The notes beneath the pieces are model-generated. The model worked only from the letters and a program-made list of their open reading frames with translations. It did no database searches and had not been told where the DNA came from. Position numbers and translations under genes: made by a program. From Candidatus Omnitrophota bacterium (GTDB lineage Bacteria; Omnitrophota; Gorgyraeia; B26-G9), in contig JBDRJV010000037.1 of NCBI GenBank assembly GCA_043814605.1, forward strand, positions 163,902-227,901: DNA of 64,000 bases. The letters run 5' to 3'. Shown here in pieces: positions 58,896-64,000 of this stretch (position 1 is its first letter; each line of letters opens with the position of its first letter).

Positions 58896-60956
58896 ATGAA
58901 ACAATCAAAATTTACTTATATATTATTTTCTATATTCATAATCCTAATAGTACTTTGTGTCCAAATTGCTCAGGCCGCAACATATTACATGCCGGATAAT
59001 TTTGCGAATTTACAGCAGGCATTTTCCGGGATGTCCAGCGGAGATATTTTAATTATTCGAAACGGGACATATACGGGTAATGAAAACAGGATTACGACAA
59101 GTCAATGCCCGCCCGCGGGTAATGCCGGAGTCTGGACAATAATCAAAGCGGAAAATGACGGCCAGGTAATTTTTGACGGCCAGGATACGCGCAATATGTT
59201 TGATCATCAGCCCTTATCCAGTAATAAATATTGGCAATTTGAGGGGTTAATTTGGTGTCGTTCTGTAGATAGTACGGTTACGATAACTTATTCTCGCTAT
59301 GTAAAATTTCTACGCTGCGGGGCATTTGGCTGCGGTGCGGGAAACCGGATAAATTTCAATATCGGTCGGGAAAATTCATATATTCTTTTGGAAAACTGCT
59401 ATGCCTGGGGTAGCGGACGCTATAAGTTTGCTGCTTATCGGAACGAACGGATAATTTTCCGGCAATGCGTGGGCCGCATGGATGATGTTAATGCTTTGGG
59501 TGAGCCGATTGCGATTTTTGCGATGTATTCGGTGGATGATGTGGAAGTACAGAATTGTATTGCCATTGATTCCAATCAGACCTCTGCCTGGACTAATATC
59601 GGCCAGTGCGGCGGGTCTTTTTTTGTTCCGTCTACAGAGATGAATACTAACCGGGTAAATTTCACGCAATGCATTGCTTTAAACAATCAAATTGCCGGAT
59701 TATGCACAACCGGTAATACTTCTTACGCGGCTAATGATGTGACTTTCAGGGATTGTGTAGTTTGGAATGTCGGCTCGTTTGATAACAACGCGATCAACTT
59801 ATTAAGAGGCTATAATTCACAACTGCTCAATTGTACCTTTGGCCTGGCTAATGACCCGGTAGATACGCATTATTCTTATGATGCGATTGGGTATAATAAC
59901 ATTAGTTCGTGTAAAAATTCAATAATCTATAATCACAGAGGTGCTGCTGTATTTAATGATTTTGAGATTGAGGATTATAATTGTTTGTACGCGAATGATG
60001 ATAATAATAATATTGGATTACATGATTTAACGAATGTAAATCCGATTTACAATGCTGCTAATAATGCTAATGGTGCTTTAAAATATATTATCCGCATTGA
60101 AGATAATTCTAATCTGAGTACGCGAGGTGAGAATAATACAGTTATTGGGGCAAATTGTTTAAAGACTATCGGCGCGCCAGGGTCGTTATGGGGCGAATAC
60201 GGGTATAATACTGTACAATCTACGAATTTATGGCCGTTTCCGTATGAGAGTGTAATTCGTATGGCAATGAGGGCATATAATTCCGGCGGGGTTAGCGGCA
60301 ACCGGGGTTTTTGTGTAGATGGCCAGACACTAACCAAATATATCTGGGAATATTTAGGCAATGCGATTCCTCCGGAAATTTATGGCTCAGCTGACTTGCG
60401 TCCTCCTTCAAATCTTGTCGCAACAATAAAAAATTTTTTATTATCTGCACAAGTTGTTTTAACCTGGGTTGATGATTCGCAATCTGAAGATGGGTTTAAA
60501 ATTGAAAGAAAAGAAGGTGAATTTGGCCTTTGGATAGACTTAATCGAAGTCGGGGCTAATGTTACCACATATACTGATGATCAAGTGTTAGAAGGAAGTA
60601 TTTATTATTATCGAGTCAAGGCTTTTAATAATGTTTTTGATACAGCTTATTCTAATGAAGCTTTAGCGGATTTGATAAATAATACAACAAGCAGTAGTGG
60701 CGGCGGAGAAGGAGGGCCTTGTTTTATTGTCACAGCTGCTTTTAATACACCTATGGCACAAGAAGTGCGTACTCTTTGTCGTTTCAGAGATAAATATTTA
60801 CTGACAAACAATTACGGTATTTGGTTTATAAAATTTTATTACTATTACAGCCCGCCAATTGCCGATTATATAAGGAATAAAGAACTAATAAAGAAGGTTA
60901 TTAGAACGGCTCTTCATCCTTTAATAATGATTAGCCACTATTTAGTTAATAAGTAG
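58896..60956 (+). CDS. paralog 2 of the secreted beta-helix protein (686 aa): same leader and beta-helix domain, one Fn3-like unit, Gly/Ser linker and CFIVTAAF C-terminal module
   Basis: The first about 1.48 kb is about 85-90% identical to 53671-55150 and includes a near-identical stretch (60170-60365 versus 54950-55150). The C-terminal module matches that of the giant protein. Confidence 0.7.
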   Translation: MKQSKFTYILFSIFIILIVLCVQIAQAATYYMPDNFANLQQAFSGMSSGDILIIRNGTYTGNENRITTSQCPPAGNAGVWTIIKAENDGQVIFDGQDTRNMFDHQPLSSNKYWQFEGLIWCRSVDSTVTITYSRYVKFLRCGAFGCGAGNRINFNIGRENSYILLENCYAWGSGRYKFAAYRNERIIFRQCVGRMDDVNALGEPIAIFAMYSVDDVEVQNCIAIDSNQTSAWTNIGQCGGSFFVPSTEMNTNRVNFTQCIALNNQIAGLCTTGNTSYAANDVTFRDCVVWNVGSFDNNAINLLRGYNSQLLNCTFGLANDPVDTHYSYDAIGYNNISSCKNSIIYNHRGAAVFNDFEIEDYNCLYANDDNNNIGLHDLTNVNPIYNAANNANGALKYIIRIEDNSNLSTRGENNTVIGANCLKTIGAPGSLWGEYGYNTVQSTNLWPFPYESVIRMAMRAYNSGGVSGNRGFCVDGQTLTKYIWEYLGNAIPPEIYGSADLRPPSNLVATIKNFLLSAQVVLTWVDDSQSEDGFKIERKEGEFGLWIDLIEVGANVTTYTDDQVLEGSIYYYRVKAFNNVFDTAYSNEALADLINNTTSSSGGGEGGPCFIVTAAFNTPMAQEVRTLCRFRDKYLLTNNYGIWFIKFYYYYSPPIADYIRNKELIKKVIRTALHPLIMISHYLVNK

Positions 60957-61353
60957 AATATAAATTGCTACAGGCTGCAAGCTACAGGACGCAGGAAAAA
61001 CAAAAGTTAACCTTTAACTTATAAGCACTCAATTCTAAATTCTAACAGTTTATGCCTATAATGTATAATTTACATTATTAAAAATAAAGTTGGAGTTCTT
61101 TCCTAATCGCTGTTTTCTAAACGCTAATCGCTGTCCGCTAAACCCTGCTTTTTACGAAATAAATTTCACGAATAGAAAAATCTTTCTTTTTTTTGAATAT
61201 TTACTTAAAAGAAAAAATAAAATTTATTGGCTTAACTTTTCTAACATGCTAAAATAAAATGTATTAGCGTATTTAATTATTTGTTTTTTACAATTAGTTC
61301 TTGGCATAAAAATTGCTTTGTAATAAAGGAATATGTATTTGGGGAAAGAGGCT

Positions 61354-64000
61354 ATGAAAAGAAAAAATCTAATTATTATATCCTTAGCAGTTGCCTTATT
61401 TTTCTGCAAAATTGCTCAGGCAGCAACTTATTACATGCCGGATAATTTTGCCAATTTACAAGCAGCTTTTAGCGGCATGTCCTCAGGGGATACATTAATT
61501 ATCCGGGACGGAACTTATACTGGCAGTACTAATGCCATTACAACCAGTGTTTATCCGCCAGTGGGCAGTGCGGGTAATTATACGAAAATCAAAGCCGAAC
61601 ATGATGGCCAGGTAATTTTTGACGGACAAAATACCCGCAATATGTTTGACCACCAACCTTCCTTAAGTAATAAATATTGGCAGTTTGAAGGAATAATCTG
61701 GTGCAGGGCTGTAGACAGTACGATAATTCTAATCAGATCACGTTATGTGAAATTTTTACGTTGCGGCGCGTATGATACTGGTGCGGGAAACAGGTTAAAT
61801 TTTAATATTGGCCGGGAATGTGATTATATATTATTAGAAAATTGTTATGCCTGGGGCAGTGGCCGTTATAAATTTGCTTCTTATGAAGCGGATCATATAA
61901 TTTTCCGGCAATGCGTAGGGAGGTTGGACCGAGTGGATTCCAGCGGTGAACCGATTGCGATATATTCAATTTATGCTTCCAGCGATGTAGAAGTACAAAA
62001 CTGTATTGCCATTGATTCAGATCAGACAGCGTATTGGGCAAATGTGGGCCAGTATGCCGGCAGTTTTTTTGTGCCGTGTACCTCAGGTATTTCAGAGAGG
62101 GTAAATTTTAAACAATGTTTATCGGTAAATGTTTTATTGGGTGGATGCAGTTCTGCTTCTAATACTGATTCTACAGATGTGCTTTGGGAGAATTGTTTGG
62201 TCTGGGATTGTGAAGCTAATAATGGCATAGTTAATATGATTCGCGGGTCTGATAACATTGTAAGAAACTGTACTTTTGGGATTACAGACAGCTCCAGTGT
62301 TTATATGTATGCTGACGGAGCGAATACAACTGTTAGCAACAGTATTTTTTATGATATAACTTCTTCTTCTCATCTATTGCAATATGCGGACATTCAGGAT
62401 TATAACTGTTTTTATGGTAATAGCAGCTCTAATATCATCAGCGGTACGCATAATGTTAATACTAATCCTTTAACTAATTCTTTACGTTATCTGCCGCGAA
62501 TTGAAAGCGGCTCGACTTTAGACGGTGCCGGGGTTAGCGGTGCGGATATCGGAGCAAATTGTTTAAAAATGATTGGAGTTCCGGGTACATTATGGGGCGA
62601 AACCGGTTATAATGTAGAACAGGTTACGAATATGTGGCCTTTTCCGAATGAAGATGTCATCCGTACTAAAATGAAAGCTTATGATAGCGGCGGGGTAAGC
62701 GGTAATCGTGGTTTTTGCGCGGATAGTACAACTTTAACCAAATATATTTGGGAATATTTAGGTAATACAATACCAGCAGAAATTTATGGGGCTTCAATTT
62801 TAAATATCACTACTTCTTCCTTAGCAGATGGAGTTATAAATACTTCATATAGCCAAACGCTTAGTGTTTCCGGAGGTACAATGCCTTATGTCTGGAGTTT
62901 GAGTTCCGGGACATTACCAGCAGGATTGTCTTTAAACTCAGCAACCGGCGCAATCACCGGAACACCCTCAAGTGCCGGCACGGTAAATTTTACAGTGCAA
63001 GTTACAGATAATAATTCTAATACAGATACCCAAAATTTAAGTATAATTGTTATTGCTCCGGATACAACAGCTCCGGTTATTTCCAGTGTTATGAGTTCCG
63101 GTACTACTGCTAGCGGAACAACAATCAGCTGGAACACAAATGAATCCGCAACTTCGCAGGTAGAATACGGCACAAGTATTAGTTATGGATCCGTGACAGT
63201 GCTTGATACAAATTTAGTAACTGCACATTCTGTATCTATTTCCGGATTAAATAGCGAGACTACGTATCATTTTAGAGTTAAAAGTAAGGATGCGGCTAAT
63301 AATGAAGCGGTTTCCAGTGACAATTCTCTTACTACATCGGCAGCACCAGTAATCAATAATATGTTGCAGGATTTTGAAGATAATGTGTTATGGGTACCTA
63401 ACGGAGCCCAGGATCCTGAGGGATACGGACGCGGCTGGGCATTTACCACTCAAGGCGTTGGTGATTCCATTACGATTGATAGTATCGGTGCTAACGGTAC
63501 AAACCGTTCTTTAAAAGTTACTTTTACCAGCACTAATGATTGCCAAATTTATTTTAGGTCAGACGATAAAACCACAGATCATATGCCAGAAGCTCAAGGA
63601 GCTAACCGAATCGGTTTTTATGTGAGATTTCCTGCAGATTATCCGATACAGCCATTACCATTTAGATATAATAGCTGGCAATTTGGTACATATATCCATG
63701 ATCCGGATAACTGGTCAGATACCAATGCAGCTACATATGAAGAAGGCCCGGGAATCCATCATTATTATCACAGAGTAACCATGGAACAAGTAGGCAATGG
63801 CTGGGTAAAATATATTTTTGATACGCATCCGGACCAGGCTAATTATAGCGGCACTACAGTGCCACCGGATAGAGGTTCTGAATATTATGATAATTATGGC
63901 AGATTCTATTTTCATTTTGGCGGAGAATCCGGAGGCCCGGAACCAGCTCGGCCAGTTACAATATGGATTGATGAAATTAAATTTTATTATGATGACGGCT
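61354..64000 (+). CDS. paralog 3 of the secreted beta-helix protein (more divergent); 3' end lies beyond the window
   Basis: Not in the ORF track because no stop falls inside the window. Manual translation gives MKRKNLIIISLAVALFFCKIAQAATYYMPDNFANLQAAFSGMSSGDTLIIRDGTYTG..., co-linear with paralogs 1 and 2. It continues through an Ig-like segment, an Fn3-like unit and a further beta-rich domain to base 64000. Confidence 0.65.
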   Translation, partial: MKRKNLIIISLAVALFFCKIAQAATYYMPDNFANLQAAFSGMSSGDTLIIRDGTYTGSTNAITTSVYPPVGSAGNYTKIKAEHDGQVIFDGQNTRNMFDHQPSLSNKYWQFEGIIWCRAVDSTIILIRSRYVKFLRCGAYDTGAGNRLNFNIGRECDYILLENCYAWGSGRYKFASYEADHIIFRQCVGRLDRVDSSGEPIAIYSIYASSDVEVQNCIAIDSDQTAYWANVGQYAGSFFVPCTSGISERVNFKQCLSVNVLLGGCSSASNTDSTDVLWENCLVWDCEANNGIVNMIRGSDNIVRNCTFGITDSSSVYMYADGANTTVSNSIFYDITSSSHLLQYADIQDYNCFYGNSSSNIISGTHNVNTNPLTNSLRYLPRIESGSTLDGAGVSGADIGANCLKMIGVPGTLWGETGYNVEQVTNMWPFPNEDVIRTKMKAYDSGGVSGNRGFCADSTTLTKYIWEYLGNTIPAEIYGASILNITTSSLADGVINTSYSQTLSVSGGTMPYVWSLSSGTLPAGLSLNSATGAITGTPSSAGTVNFTVQVTDNNSNTDTQNLSIIVIAPDTTAPVISSVMSSGTTASGTTISWNTNESATSQVEYGTSISYGSVTVLDTNLVTAHSVSISGLNSETTYHFRVKSKDAANNEAVSSDNSLTTSAAPVINNMLQDFEDNVLWVPNGAQDPEGYGRGWAFTTQGVGDSITIDSIGANGTNRSLKVTFTSTNDCQIYFRSDDKTTDHMPEAQGANRIGFYVRFPADYPIQPLPFRYNSWQFGTYIHDPDNWSDTNAATYEEGPGIHHYYHRVTMEQVGNGWVKYIFDTHPDQANYSGTTVPPDRGSEYYDNYGRFYFHFGGESGGPEPARPVTIWIDEIKFYYDDG

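Noticed and set aside
54181-62373. Minus-strand ORFs across the beta-helix paralogs (54181-54465, 54846-55133, 56135-56509, 59376-59669, 60047-60361, 61802-62373)
   Set aside because: These are antisense to long, signal-peptide-bearing, mutually homologous + strand genes. The third paralog (61354 onward) is missing from the ORF track only because its stop lies outside the window.
53671-64000. Unusually high density of N-x-S/T sequons in the surface proteins as evidence for N-glycosylation
   Set aside because: Asn/Ser/Thr richness is expected from the low-GC composition and from beta-helix turn residues. No STT3/PglB/AglB-type oligosaccharyltransferase or NGT is present in the window.

Overview
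This window is low-GC (roughly one third G+C), gene-dense, and almost entirely coded on the + strand. It carries a large surface-polysaccharide (capsule/EPS/O-antigen-type) biosynthesis and export locus from an uncultivated-looking bacterium; the phylum cannot be called from sequence alone. The locus appears to be two clusters fused together.

Cluster I (582-14181) is a translationally coupled set of a UbiA-family prenyltransferase, a PEP-utilising phosphotransferase, a geranylgeranyl-reductase-family FAD enzyme, a GT1 glycosyltransferase and a B12-binding radical SAM enzyme. These are followed by a Wzx-like flippase, an AsnB-like amidotransferase, dxs and idi.

Cluster II (14657-53611) has the export and polymerisation core: Wza, Wzz and a BY-kinase at its head, then a Wzy-family polymerase/ligase and a second Wzx further downstream. 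It also encodes GlmS, TviB/TviC-like and Ugd dehydrogenases, RfbB, an ACP with an AMP-ligase, an LbH acetyltransferase, one GT2 and four GT4 glycosyltransferases. There are three AsnB-like amidotransferases in the window (one in cluster I, two in cluster II), plus a WbuX-like PP-loop amidotransferase and a NadE-like PP-loop enzyme.

Interspersed in the locus are accessory elements. There are five copies (three intact, two with in-frame stops) of a 124-aa four-helix-bundle / 23S-rRNA-intervening-sequence (Avd-like) gene, carried in cassettes with conserved flanks and inverted-repeat ends. There is an AbiEi/AbiEii pair, an AAA+DUF4143 ATPase, and several families of short intergenic word repeats.

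The 3' end (53671-64000) encodes three paralogous secreted proteins with a signal peptide, an approximately 480-aa right-handed beta-helix-like domain and Fn3/Ig-like repeats. The two complete paralogs end in a conserved Gly-linker plus CFIATAAF C-terminal module; the third paralog is divergent and runs off the window. No rRNA, tRNA, CRISPR array, integrase or reverse transcriptase was recognised.
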